Shown here: positions 49,570 through 59,054 of the stretch, in pieces
How positions within the stretch are numbered: position 1 is the stretch's first letter
Layout of the letters: each line of letters starts with the position of its first letter
Source of the DNA: Elusimicrobiota bacterium
GTDB taxonomy: Bacteria > Elusimicrobiota > JBDRON01
Length of the DNA: 64,000 bases
Assembly: GCA_043810025.1 (NCBI GenBank)
Contig: JBDRON010000053.1
Location: forward strand, 462 to 64,461
Direction: 5' to 3'
The notes under the pieces: generated by a model
The model's input: the letters and a program-made list of their open reading frames with translations, nothing else
The model's database searches: none
What the model was told of the DNA's origin: nothing
Translations under genes and position numbers: made by a program

Positions 49570-49631
49570 CGTAGGGCAGGGCTTTAGCCCTGCGGTTTTA
49601 AAGACGCAAAAGCCTAAAGGCTTGCCCTACG
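49570..49631. repeat. multi-stem structured element A (outer stem GTAGGGCA/TGCCCTAC enclosing two small hairpins)
   Basis: An inverted copy lies at 52012-52071. The two copies bracket the TonB-receptor gene and its upstream region. Confidence 0.6.
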
Positions 49632-49696
49632 AAATCAACAACAAATACTTATCATTTAAGGTAAAGTCCGACCGCCGGCTTTTTGGCGGTCTTAAC

Positions 49697-51481
49697 TTAT
49701 CCAAAGATGTAATTAAGGCCGAGTGTTAAAGTTCTTTTGGGCATTGTATAAAGCCCGCCGTTATAAATCTGGTATTCCTTATCGGTTAGATTATCTATCG
49801 CGCCGAATACAGACAAATTGTTTAGCAGTTTATAATCAACTTTTGTATTAAACAGAAGATAATCATCGATCTTGCCCGTTGAATTATCGCCGGAATAATA
49901 CCTTCCTGCATATTCTCCGGTGATTATGGCATTCACTTTCTTTTTTGAATATTTCAGGGATGCGCCGGCTTTGTTGCCCGGCCTGCCGGTTGTCTGTGTT
50001 CCCGGGTCAAAATAGGTATAGTTCACCTGAGTGTTAAAAGAATCTGAGATCTTTGCGATGAGCATTGTCTCAATACCTTTAAACTCAAAATCGCCGATGT
50101 TCACATTCTTGCCGGCACGCGACTGTATGAGGTCAGCCCCTTTCATTATAAAACCAGCAAGATCAAGGTCTATTGATTCACCAAACTTCTGGCGAAGCCC
50201 GATTTCAGTATTAGTAACTTTTTCAGGTTTCAGATCCTTATTGCCACCCCAGAGAAACAAATCATTTATCTGCGGCGCGCGGAATCCCCGGCTCCAAATA
50301 CCTCTAAGTATTGTGCCGTTCAAGGTATTATAAACAACCCCCAGCTTGGGATTAACAATGTCCTTTGCAAACTCGTCATTGTTATATCTTGCGCCGCCGT
50401 TAAGAGTAAGTTTTTCCAAGAAGGTATGTTCATCATTGATATAAACGCCGTATTCATATTTATGGTAATGGCCAATCATAAACGCAGGCGCAGTATTGAG
50501 CACATCGCCGAACTGATACCGATAATCCAGCCCGACACTTAATTCGTTGTTTTCCAACAACTTTGTTTTACTGTGCGCCATTAAGCCATCCGTATAGTCT
50601 TTGGAATGGAAACCATTCGAGAATTTGTGTTCACCGAAACTGCGGTAAATTTTCAACGAATTATTAAAATTCCCGGCAATTCGATTATAGGTTAGATCAA
50701 CCGAACCCCTGCCGTAATCGTTCCATGTCCCGGCTGCTGAAGGAAATGGCTCGTTTTTTATCCCGGTAAAATACTTGGAGCTTAAAGAAATATCCGAATA
50801 CCCCGACAAGGCATACCCGAACTGGCCGGAATAGTCAGTTGCCTTAAACGAGGAATTTTCCTTATGCCCAGCAGTTGACCTTTTGTTTACACTGATAAAG
50901 TAATCAACTTTATCAATTTTGCTTCCCTGCTGAAAAAGATAGTTTTGCGTATTAAAGGTTCCCAGCGAGGCTAGGAAGTTTCCTTCCAGTTTTTTTGCCG
51001 CTCTTTTTGTAATTATATTCACTACGCCGCCAAAGGCGTCGGATCCATAGAGAACAGATTCCGGTCCTCTGATTACTTCAATTCTTTCCACATTATTCAT
51101 CGGCAGGGTGTGCGTTACGGAACAGCCGAATACGCCCATTTTATCAGGTCTTCCGTCAATGAATATTCCTAGCTGCCTCCCGTTTCCACCTATCCCTCTT
51201 ATATCAATATCCGCTCTTCCGAAATCACCGGATTTCCTGATAAATATGCCGGGAAGTTGGCCAAGAATATCAGTAGTCTGTTTTGCGTTAGACATCTTAA
51301 TATCCTCTTTTGTAATAACACTTGCGCTTACGGGAAGTTTGTTTATCCATTGCTCATACCTTGATGCTGTTATCATCTTTCTTTCCAGGGAAAGATACAC
51401 CTCTGCGCTAAAACCAATTACTGCCGTTGAGACTAAAACAGACATAGACACTGCTACAACATTTGCTCTGACAAATCGCAT
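49697..51481 (-). CDS. TonB-dependent outer-membrane receptor
   Basis: Signal peptide, plug domain, beta-barrel with a C-terminal aromatic residue. 594 aa. Confidence 0.85.
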   Translation of the reverse strand: MRFVRANVVAVSMSVLVSTAVIGFSAEVYLSLERKMITASRYEQWINKLPVSASVITKEDIKMSNAKQTTDILGQLPGIFIRKSGDFGRADIDIRGIGGNGRQLGIFIDGRPDKMGVFGCSVTHTLPMNNVERIEVIRGPESVLYGSDAFGGVVNIITKRAAKKLEGNFLASLGTFNTQNYLFQQGSKIDKVDYFISVNKRSTAGHKENSSFKATDYSGQFGYALSGYSDISLSSKYFTGIKNEPFPSAAGTWNDYGRGSVDLTYNRIAGNFNNSLKIYRSFGEHKFSNGFHSKDYTDGLMAHSKTKLLENNELSVGLDYRYQFGDVLNTAPAFMIGHYHKYEYGVYINDEHTFLEKLTLNGGARYNNDEFAKDIVNPKLGVVYNTLNGTILRGIWSRGFRAPQINDLFLWGGNKDLKPEKVTNTEIGLRQKFGESIDLDLAGFIMKGADLIQSRAGKNVNIGDFEFKGIETMLIAKISDSFNTQVNYTYFDPGTQTTGRPGNKAGASLKYSKKKVNAIITGEYAGRYYSGDNSTGKIDDYLLFNTKVDYKLLNNLSVFGAIDNLTDKEYQIYNGGLYTMPKRTLTLGLNYIFG

Positions 51482-51932
51482 GATCGTTTCCTCCTTTTAG
51501 AATTTGCTTGCCCAGCTACATAACGCCGCTTGTTTAGCCTAATTATTGATTGCTGAAACCACCTCCTTTTCTCAAGCTGCATACTTATTTTGCAATAGTG
51601 CTACGGTCAGGCAAAAAAATATATTACTCTGCGCTGTAATTGTCTGCCTGATAAAATCTTCTATAACGAATTAGCGGTGACATTGAATCATCCTTTGGTG
51701 CATACGTTTTTTATAATTGTAACACTTTTTTTAAAAAAGTCAATACTGCAGAAACTTCAGACAACATTCAAATTGAAAGTTCCTTGCGGAAAACCAGAAA
51801 ACTGTGCGAACGAAATTAAGTTCGCGCGGTTTTTTTAAAAAAGTTCACATTGGCTTCACAATTTTGTCACCTGGTTGTTTTATAATTACTTTAAGGAGGA
51901 GAAATAAATGAATTACCAATTTACATCATTAA

Positions 51933-52181
51933 TTCAGAGGTCATAGCAAACAGCCACAAAAAAACCAGATCGACGGAAGGTTTTTCTAAAAATAGCTTGC
52001 CGATTTTGAAATGTAGGGCAAGCCTTTAGGCTTGCATCTCTAAAACCACAGGGCTAAAGCCCTGCCCTACGGCATCACTTTACCCGTAAACAAACGAGCA
52101 AAGTATTACAATGATGTGCCATATCGGAAAAGTATTTTTTGAAAATTCAAAAAAAAGCGGTTGTTTGCTATGACCTCTGAA
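51933..52181. mobile_element. MITE-like element with 25-bp terminal inverted repeats (TTCAGAGGTCATAGCAAACAGCCAC ... GCGGTTGTTTGCTATGACCTCTGAA) carrying element B (52012-52071)
   Basis: The terminal inverted repeats are reverse complements with 2 mismatches. Internal A-runs abut both repeats. A third solo copy of the terminal repeat lies at 52374-52400. Confidence 0.5.
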
Positions 52182-52408
52182 GAAGGTAAATTAATGGTAA
52201 GACTAAAAATATTTAGCGATCCTGAAATAGATTATGCAGCCAGACATCTTTGTGAAGACCTCAATCAAATGAACCCGGTTACATTGGACAAGTTTCAACT
52301 CCCAATCTGCTATAAAGTGGTATAAAGTGGTATAGGGTGCCGGAAAAAGATTTTTGAAAAAATTTAAGTGTTGTGGCTGTTTGCTGCTACCTCTGAATTA
52401 GTGATTAC

Positions 52409-52567
52409 ATGTTGAAAGATTCTTCCACTGTTCCTCGCGCCCTGCCGCTACTTTTAATTGCCCGCCACCTGGAACGCATCTGCGGCCATGCCACCAACAT
52501 CGCCGAAGATGTCATCTATCTGATTGAAGCCAAAGTTGTCAAACACCATCCGGAAAAATTAAGCTAG
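52409..52567 (+). pseudogene. PhoU C-terminal fragment
   Basis: Encodes ...LLIARHLERICGHATNIAEDVIYLIEAKVV, the second PhoU repeat. The frame opens only 4 codons upstream, directly after a solo copy of the MITE terminal repeat. Confidence 0.55.
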
Positions 52568-52852
52568 TCCTCTCTACGCTCGGAACTAACTTGGGGGGTG
52601 GATACCCGCACTTGTAAGTCATTTTGTCATGCCCGAATGTTTTTATCGGGCATCTGACTATAAAAATGGATTCTCGATTAAAGATTTCGTGAATGACAAA
52701 ATTGCCAAGGATGAATAGTGGTATTACTATTGCAAATGCGGGGATGCACCCAAACTTGGGCGCCGATTTGACTTTCCTTGGTTTTTTAAATATACTTTAT
52801 GTTTAGCGGTTATCTGGATAGTTTGTAGGGTTCATTCATTAAGGATGGAGCG

Positions 52853-53179
52853 TTGGCTATGGAAAATCAGGGGACCGGGGAACTGGAAAAAGTAAAGATT
52901 CGGGGGTTGGTGCGGGCCGCTGGCTGGATTTTTTTAGTTTGGGGGGTAGTTATTGCCCTGAAAGGCCTGCTTGATGCTTTCTGGCTGGAACCGGAGGCAA
53001 ACTATTATTCTTTGAAAAGATGGGAATTTATTTCCTTGGATCAGTGGATTCGCTACGCCACTTTTGAAGTTGTCTATGGAGTAGTTTGCATTGTTATCAG
53101 CGGATTGCTTTTTGAGTATTCTAAACGCCTTGTCGAATATATTTCGCGTCCAAGAATTGAGGACGAAGAAATATTTTAA
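52853..53179 (+). CDS. hypothetical small membrane protein
   Basis: 108 aa, two TM segments. Confidence 0.4.
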   Translation: MAMENQGTGELEKVKIRGLVRAAGWIFLVWGVVIALKGLLDAFWLEPEANYYSLKRWEFISLDQWIRYATFEVVYGVVCIVISGLLFEYSKRLVEYISRPRIEDEEIF

Positions 53180-53185
53180 ATGATT

Positions 53186-53284
53186 TTCCCTCTCCCCTTG
53201 CGGGAGAGGGCAGGGTGAGGGGCAAATAAAGGAATCGAAGCTTTAACACCCTCACCTTAATCCTCTCCCCTCAAGGGAGAGGAA
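53186..53284. repeat. CCTCTCCCC/GGGAGAGG hairpin element, copy 1
   Basis: CCCTCTCCCCTTGCGGGAGAGGG ... GGGTGAGGG..CCCTCACC ... CCTCTCCCCTCAAGGGAGAGG. Confidence 0.6.
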
Positions 53285-53349
53285 ATGGCTTTCATTGTAG
53301 GAATAACTTGTGCCTTGTGATAAATAATCCTGAAGAACGGAGTGAGACG

Positions 53350-54540
53350 ATGTTCGAACCTAGTGAGAAGTTGAAGCGGTTGCCGCCTTATATTTTTTCA
53401 CGGATTAGCAAGTTGAAGCAGGAAGCTTTTCAGAAAAATTTGGATGTGATTGATTTGGTGATGGGTAATCCCGATCTGCCGACGCCGGCAGAGATTGTCG
53501 ATCAGTTTTGCGAGACGGTAAAAAATCATCCCCGGACTCATCGTTACCCGCAAGCCAAAGGGATGCCTAAATTCCGGAAAGCGGTCTGTGACTGGTATGA
53601 TCAACGGTTTGGGGTGAAGTTAAATCCGGATAAAGAGGCTTTGGCCCTGGTTGGTTCGAAAGAAGGTGTCGCCCATTTGTGTATGGCTTTTCTTAATCCC
53701 GGTGACGGAGTATTGGTTCCTAACCCCGGTTATCCGGTCTATAACAACGGAGTGATTTTAGCCGGCGGTGAAGTTCTAGATCTGCCTTTACTGCCGGAAA
53801 ACAATTTTTTGCCGGATTTGGGAAAAATTCCTCAGGATATGGTGAAAAAAGCCAAAATGATGTTTTTTAATTATCCGAACAACCCGACGGCGGCGGTAGT
53901 GGACGGACTGGATTTTTTCAAAGAGGTTGCGCAGTTTGGTAAAAAAAATAATATCATCATCTGTCATGACAACGCTTATTCAGAGGTCACCTTTGACGGT
54001 TATGATGCCCCCTCGTTTTTACAGGCGCCGGGAGCAAAGGATATCGGGATAGAGTTTCATTCCTGTTCAAAAAGTTATAACATGGCCGGTTGGCGGATCG
54101 GGTTTGTGGTGGGTAACGAAACGGTGATCGCCGCTTTGGAAAAGTTCAAAAGCTTTCTCGATTACGGTGTGTTTACTGCCATTCAGTTGGCGGCGGTTAC
54201 GGCTTTAAATAATAGCCAAAAATTTGTTAAACCGACAGTGGAGATCTATCAACGCCGCCGGGATAAGTTCGTTCAAGGGTTAAATAAACTGGGCTGGCCG
54301 GTAAGTTTGCCGAAAGCGACGATGTATCTTTGGGCCCCGTTACCACCCGGGTTTGAAAAGATGGGTTCTTTGGAGTTTTGCGAATTCCTGTTAACGGAGA
54401 CCGGCGTTGCCGTTACCCCGGGGATCGGTTTCGGCACTCACGGCGAAGGTTATGTTCGGATGTCTCTGGTTACTCACGACAACCGTTTCCACGACGCCCT
54501 GCTTCGGATCAAGAAGTTTTTGAAGACTGTTCGCGCGTAG
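53350..54540 (+). CDS. PLP-dependent aminotransferase, class I (AspC/AlaA/LL-DAP-aminotransferase-like)
   Basis: Fold-type I aminotransferase pattern with the SKSYNMAGWRIG PLP-lysine region. Start at the MFEPSEK Met. Confidence 0.85.
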   Translation: MFEPSEKLKRLPPYIFSRISKLKQEAFQKNLDVIDLVMGNPDLPTPAEIVDQFCETVKNHPRTHRYPQAKGMPKFRKAVCDWYDQRFGVKLNPDKEALALVGSKEGVAHLCMAFLNPGDGVLVPNPGYPVYNNGVILAGGEVLDLPLLPENNFLPDLGKIPQDMVKKAKMMFFNYPNNPTAAVVDGLDFFKEVAQFGKKNNIIICHDNAYSEVTFDGYDAPSFLQAPGAKDIGIEFHSCSKSYNMAGWRIGFVVGNETVIAALEKFKSFLDYGVFTAIQLAAVTALNNSQKFVKPTVEIYQRRRDKFVQGLNKLGWPVSLPKATMYLWAPLPPGFEKMGSLEFCEFLLTETGVAVTPGIGFGTHGEGYVRMSLVTHDNRFHDALLRIKKFLKTVRA

Positions 54541-54575
54541 ATAAGGTGTAAGGTGTAAGGTTTAAGGTTTAAGGG
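54541..54575. repeat. heptanucleotide tandem repeat (TAAGGTG/TAAGGTT) x5 upstream of the HD gene
   Basis: Sequence ataaggtgtaaggtgtaaggtttaaggtttaaggg. Confidence 0.7.
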
Positions 54576-54602
54576 AAAATAACTTGTAATAAAGGTTGGA
54601 GT

Positions 54603-55958
54603 ATGAGCGAAATAAGAGATACCATTTATGGTTTTATTACTCCATCAGATACAGAGTTAAATATTATAAACTCAACCCTTTTCCAGAGATTAAGGAAAAT
54701 TAAACAGCTTTCTTTGGAAAGTCTTGTCTATCCTGGCGCTCAGCATACGAGATTTGAGCATTCGCTTGGCGTACTATATATAGCAAAGACAATGGCAGAA
54801 AAGCTTTTATTAGTAGATAGCGATAGCGACAAAATAAGAATTATCAGATTTGCTGCCTTGTTGCATGATGTCGGACACGGCCCTTTTTCTCATGTTTCAG
54901 AAGATATTTTGGATAAATATTCCGCAGCCGATGAAAATAGCGCCAATAAAGATAAAATTCATGAGAAAATAACTGTAAAAATTATCGAAACGAATAAAGA
55001 ATTATCGAAAGTGTTGGGTTCCGAAGAGAGAAAGCAAATCGTAGGCCTTTTAAACGGTGAAAGTAGTGATCTGTCGCTGATGAGAGAAATTGTATCAGGT
55101 CCTATAGACGCTGACAAACAGGACTATTTGTTAAGAGACAGTTATTATTGCGGTGTTAAATATGGAGTATATGATTTTCATCGTTTAATTAATACACTTA
55201 CTCATTATGAAGAAGAGGATGATAAACATATCGCTATAAATTATGATGGGGTTAATGCTTTAGAGCAATTTGTTTTAGCAAAATATTATATGACAACTCA
55301 GGTTTACAGGCACAAAATAAGACTTGTTTCCGATGCTATGATTGTAAGAGATATTGAACTTGGAATTGAAAAAGATGGAATCGGGTGTCTAGCTGAATTA
55401 TACAATTATAATGATTCGGAAAAATACCTGATGAATTATTTATCTTGGTATGATGAAAGGTTGATTTGCGAGATAATTTATAATCAGAAAAATGGATTTG
55501 CAAATGAAATTTTTTCTAGGCTTAATGAGAGAAATCTTTTTAAAACAGTTTTTAGTCTGAATTTCAAAAATTTTCCAGAGACAATTCCTTCTAAAGTGAG
55601 AACTTTGATGGCTGATATTTGCAATAAAGAAAATAAAGGTAAAAAAATATTATTAGAAAGCGGAATAGCGAATATATTAGGAACAGAACCGGAATTTACA
55701 ATTGTTTATGTTTTTAAATTTAAGTCTGTTAAAAAAAAGTCGGGAGATTCTGAGGGGCAGATAATGGTAATTCAGCGGGATGGAAGACCAAATAGTTTTG
55801 AACAGGAATCTACTGTTTTTAGAGCAATTGATGGAGATATCGATGACATAATATTTGAAATTTATGCTCCGATGGATTATTCTAATGATCTTGATGATAA
55901 GATAAAAAAACTATCCAAATTCAAGAGAGATATAGTAGAATATTTATCAAGTATTTAA
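54603..55958 (+). CDS. HD-domain phosphohydrolase of the dGTPase/SAMHD1-like (COG1078-type) family
   Basis: QHTRFEHSLGV ... LLHDVGHGPFSH ... DADKQDYLLRDSYYCG motifs. 451 aa. AT-rich gene. Confidence 0.8.
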   Translation: MSEIRDTIYGFITPSDTELNIINSTLFQRLRKIKQLSLESLVYPGAQHTRFEHSLGVLYIAKTMAEKLLLVDSDSDKIRIIRFAALLHDVGHGPFSHVSEDILDKYSAADENSANKDKIHEKITVKIIETNKELSKVLGSEERKQIVGLLNGESSDLSLMREIVSGPIDADKQDYLLRDSYYCGVKYGVYDFHRLINTLTHYEEEDDKHIAINYDGVNALEQFVLAKYYMTTQVYRHKIRLVSDAMIVRDIELGIEKDGIGCLAELYNYNDSEKYLMNYLSWYDERLICEIIYNQKNGFANEIFSRLNERNLFKTVFSLNFKNFPETIPSKVRTLMADICNKENKGKKILLESGIANILGTEPEFTIVYVFKFKSVKKKSGDSEGQIMVIQRDGRPNSFEQESTVFRAIDGDIDDIIFEIYAPMDYSNDLDDKIKKLSKFKRDIVEYLSSI

Positions 55959-55969
55959 GGAGGTGTAAG

Positions 55970-56509
55970 ATGAAATTAAGGGATTTTTTGATTGCAATTT
56001 TAGGAGCAATGGGTGGGCAAATACAAAGTAAAACAAAAATCCAAAAACTTTGTTACTTTTTATCAATTGTTCTAAATAAAGATTTTGGATTTCAGGCGCA
56101 TTACTATGGACCTTATTCACAGCAAGTTGAAGAGGCGCTTGGCGATCTTTTGGGAATGGGTTTTGTAACTAAAACAACGAACAATTTTGGCGCTATCTCA
56201 GCCGGATTTGAGGTCGTAAGGTATGACTATTCCCTGACAAAAGAAGGTAAAGCAATTTATGAGGATATTCAATCTACTCCAGAATCTAATGAAGTTATAA
56301 ATAAACTAAAAATAATCGGTGATATAGACTACTTAAAACTTTCTATAGCGGCAAAGGCACACTACATTTTAAGTAAAGGTTCTCAAGCTCTGGATGTTAG
56401 TAAGATAAAAGATAAAGCAAAAAGTTTTAAGTGGAATATTACAGAAGAAGATATAGATACGGCAATAAATTTTTTAGAAAAAATGAATCTTGTTTTAGTT
56501 GCAAAATAA
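55970..56509 (+). CDS. Panacea (DUF4065)-like protein
   Basis: N-terminus ...KTKIQKLCYF......F.FQAHYYGPYSQQV resembles the SocA/GepA Panacea signature (KLQKLLYF...F.AW.HGPV). 11-nt gap after the HD gene, with a GGAGGT RBS. Confidence 0.55.
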   Translation: MKLRDFLIAILGAMGGQIQSKTKIQKLCYFLSIVLNKDFGFQAHYYGPYSQQVEEALGDLLGMGFVTKTTNNFGAISAGFEVVRYDYSLTKEGKAIYEDIQSTPESNEVINKLKIIGDIDYLKLSIAAKAHYILSKGSQALDVSKIKDKAKSFKWNITEEDIDTAINFLEKMNLVLVAK

Positions 56510-56550
56510 TGCCAAAAAATAATAATCAATCTTTTTCCTAGAGGAGTGTT

Positions 56551-57177
56551 ATGAGATTATTACAAAAGGTTTTATCCCTGTTCATTGTATTAGTAATGGG
56601 TACTTTTGCTTATTCCCAGACAGTTTATCCTGCCAAGCAAAAGATCCAAAAGAAGCCAAAAATTGTTATTTCGGACAAGGGTGTTGGTCCCATCAATGAG
56701 AAGACTTTGTTCGAATACGCCGAAATACAAAGGCTTTTTCCTGGCCTGGTGGTTAAAAAGGTTGAGGATGGCGGTGGGTTTGAAGATATGGGATTTCCCA
56801 TTATTAATGTTCTGGACAAAGGCCAGACACTTATTACGATTAACCCTGTGAATGGGAATAACGATGATAAAAGAATTTACAGTGTTGTTGTAAAAAGCAA
56901 TCTAGTCGAAAATTCTTTAGGGGCAAAGATTGGTTCAACATATGCTCAAATCTATAAATCTGGTATTTCTTCAAACTGTAAGCCGGGAATGGAACAAGAC
57001 TCCGGAACAATTATAGATCAAGATCCTAATTCTAAGCATGTTCGTTATGTCTTCGAAGGGGAATGGAATGGCGAGGATGGAAGTATTCCTCCATTTGAAG
57101 TGCTTAAAACATGGAAAATTACTGAAATTATTTGGAACCCCGTGTTGTTAGATATCAATGAAGTGAGATTCAAGTAG
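56551..57177 (+). CDS. secreted hypothetical protein
   Basis: Signal peptide. 208 aa. Confidence 0.4.
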   Translation: MRLLQKVLSLFIVLVMGTFAYSQTVYPAKQKIQKKPKIVISDKGVGPINEKTLFEYAEIQRLFPGLVVKKVEDGGGFEDMGFPIINVLDKGQTLITINPVNGNNDDKRIYSVVVKSNLVENSLGAKIGSTYAQIYKSGISSNCKPGMEQDSGTIIDQDPNSKHVRYVFEGEWNGEDGSIPPFEVLKTWKITEIIWNPVLLDINEVRFK

Positions 57178-57229
57178 ATCATTGTAATATTGATTTTAGA
57201 CATTCAGAAGTATGGACTCAAGTTGTTTT

Positions 57230-57316
57230 CCTCTCCTTCGATGGGAGAGGATTAAGGTGTGGGTGTATATTTTAAAAAGCACCCCTCACCCTACCCTCTC
57301 CCCCAAGGGGAGAGGG
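57230..57316. repeat. CCTCTCC/GGGAGAGG hairpin element, copy 2
   Basis: CCTCTCCTTCGATGGGAGAGG ... CACCCCTCACC ... CCCTCTCCCCCAAGGGGAGAGGG. Confidence 0.6.
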
Positions 57317-57394
57317 AGCATCAATGTGCGATGTTTTTCCGTTTTATGCGGGCTAAATTTAAGGTGAAATGAGTTTTTTTTAAACGAGGTTAAG

Positions 57395-58702
57395 ATGAAA
57401 AAAATTAATTTGGGGTTGATTGGGTTTGGGACGGTGGGCGCTGGTGCGATAAAAATTATACAGAGTAATCTGGCGCTTTTGGAGAAGAAGATTGGCGCGA
57501 AGATCGAGTTGGTGAAGATTTGTGATAAAGATTTATCTTCTCCCCGACCAGGGGTTAAACTTAATCCAAAGATGTTAACCTCTGATTACCACGAAATTAT
57601 CAATGATCCGAGTATCGATATCGTGGTTGAATTGATCGGCGGCTATGAGCCGGCGCGGACGATAATTTTGGAGGCGATGGCCAAAGGTAAACATATTGTG
57701 ACGGCCAATAAGGCCTTAATGGCCAAATACTGGGATGAAATTCTAACTGCTGCCCGGGCAAACCAGGTGCTGGTTTATTTCGAGGCTTCAGTGGGTGGAG
57801 GGATACCGGTGATCCAATCCCTCAACGAAGGGTTGGCCGCCAACCATATTTTATCGATCGCCGGAATTTTGAACGGAACGACCAACTATATTTTAACCAA
57901 AATGACCAGGGAAGGGATAAACTTCTCCCATGCCTTAAAGATGGCGCAGTCGGCCGGGTTCGCCGAGGCTGACGCCAGGTTCGATTTGGAAGGGATAGAT
58001 GCGGCGCATAAGTTATCAATTCTGGCTTCGATTGCTTTTGGCAGTTGGGTGAAGTTGGAAAACATTGCCTGCCAGGGAATTAATCAGATTGATTGCCGTG
58101 ATCTGGTTTATGCCCAGGAATTCGGCTATATCCTTAAACTGATTGGGATGGCTAGAAACAAGAACGGGGAAATCGAGATTCGGGTGGCTCCCACTTTAAT
58201 TTCTCCCAACCATCCGTTTGCCAACGTGGAAAATGAATATAACGCTATTTTAATTCATGGCGATGCTGTCGGCGATGTAATGCTTTACGGTAAAGGGGCC
58301 GGACAGATGGCCGCGGCCAGCGCGGTGGTTTCTGATATTATCTTTTTGGCTCGTCAGGTAAACAGCGGGATGGCCGGCAAAATTCCTTATGTTACTTATG
58401 ACCGGAAAAAGAAACTAAAATTCTTACCTGAGGAAAAAAGCGCCGGGAAATATTATTTAAGGTTTACCACCGAGGACAAACCGGGGGTGCTGGCCACCAT
58501 CGCCGGTCTACTCGGTAAAAACGATGTTTCCATTGCCTCCGTATCTCAGAAACAAAAACACCCCCCACAAAAAGGTGTGCCTATTCTGATCATTACCCAC
58601 CGGGCTAAAGAAGGAGATGTTGTTAAATCGTTAAAATTAATCGATAAACTTTCCGTAGTCCGGGCAAAAACGGTAATTTTTAGGATAGAAGAAAAATTGT
58701 AA
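57395..58702 (+). CDS. hom: homoserine dehydrogenase with C-terminal ACT domain
   Basis: NAD-binding GFGTVG motif, catalytic domain and ACT domain. Confidence 0.92.
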   Translation: MKKINLGLIGFGTVGAGAIKIIQSNLALLEKKIGAKIELVKICDKDLSSPRPGVKLNPKMLTSDYHEIINDPSIDIVVELIGGYEPARTIILEAMAKGKHIVTANKALMAKYWDEILTAARANQVLVYFEASVGGGIPVIQSLNEGLAANHILSIAGILNGTTNYILTKMTREGINFSHALKMAQSAGFAEADARFDLEGIDAAHKLSILASIAFGSWVKLENIACQGINQIDCRDLVYAQEFGYILKLIGMARNKNGEIEIRVAPTLISPNHPFANVENEYNAILIHGDAVGDVMLYGKGAGQMAAASAVVSDIIFLARQVNSGMAGKIPYVTYDRKKKLKFLPEEKSAGKYYLRFTTEDKPGVLATIAGLLGKNDVSIASVSQKQKHPPQKGVPILIITHRAKEGDVVKSLKLIDKLSVVRAKTVIFRIEEKL

Positions 58703-58718
58703 AACAACTTGATGTCGA

Positions 58719-58866
58719 GGAAATTCAACTTTGATGAAGTGTTCCCCCTTTTAAAAAGGGGGATTAAGGGGGATTTTGAAAATAAGAAATATTGTCTAAA
58801 TCTCCCCTACCCCTCTTTTATAAAGAGGGGAATTAATATTCTGAGCGAAGCTCGGACTAACTTGAA
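58719..58866 (+). repeat. mosaic multi-hairpin element, copy 6
   Basis: Head GGAAATTCAACTTTGATGAAG plus the four-hairpin body ending GGACTAACTTG. Confidence 0.7.
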
Positions 58867-58871
58867 GTTAA

Positions 58872-58988
58872 GGAAATTCAATGTTTGTTTTGTGCGTGTT
58901 CCCCCTTTAAAAAGGGGGACTAAGGGGGATTTAGACAATAATAATTATTAAATCTCCCCTAACCCCTCTTTATAAAAGAGGGGAATAA
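58872..58988 (+). repeat. mosaic multi-hairpin element, copy 7 (tandem, lacks the fourth hairpin)
   Basis: Head GGAAATTCAATGTTTGTTTTG plus three hairpins. Confidence 0.65.
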
Positions 58989-59054
58989 AAAAAGAAGGAA
59001 ATTTTAAAAGTCAGCGCCGCAGGCGCTTAATTTGATAAACAGTGAGGTTGTTTT

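Noticed and set aside
49517-49729. 70-aa plus-strand ORF between the TonB receptor and the metal ABC operon
   Set aside because: The region is packed with hairpins, a terminator and repeat elements. The ORF overlaps the TonB-receptor 3' end on the other strand. Spurious.
51482-51900. Possible cobalamin or other riboswitch upstream of the TonB-dependent receptor
   Set aside because: I reverse-complemented the 5' region and looked for a B12 box (GCCACTG-like core) and found none. The region is instead filled with MITE-like repeats and a terminator-like CGAAC..GTTCG hairpin.
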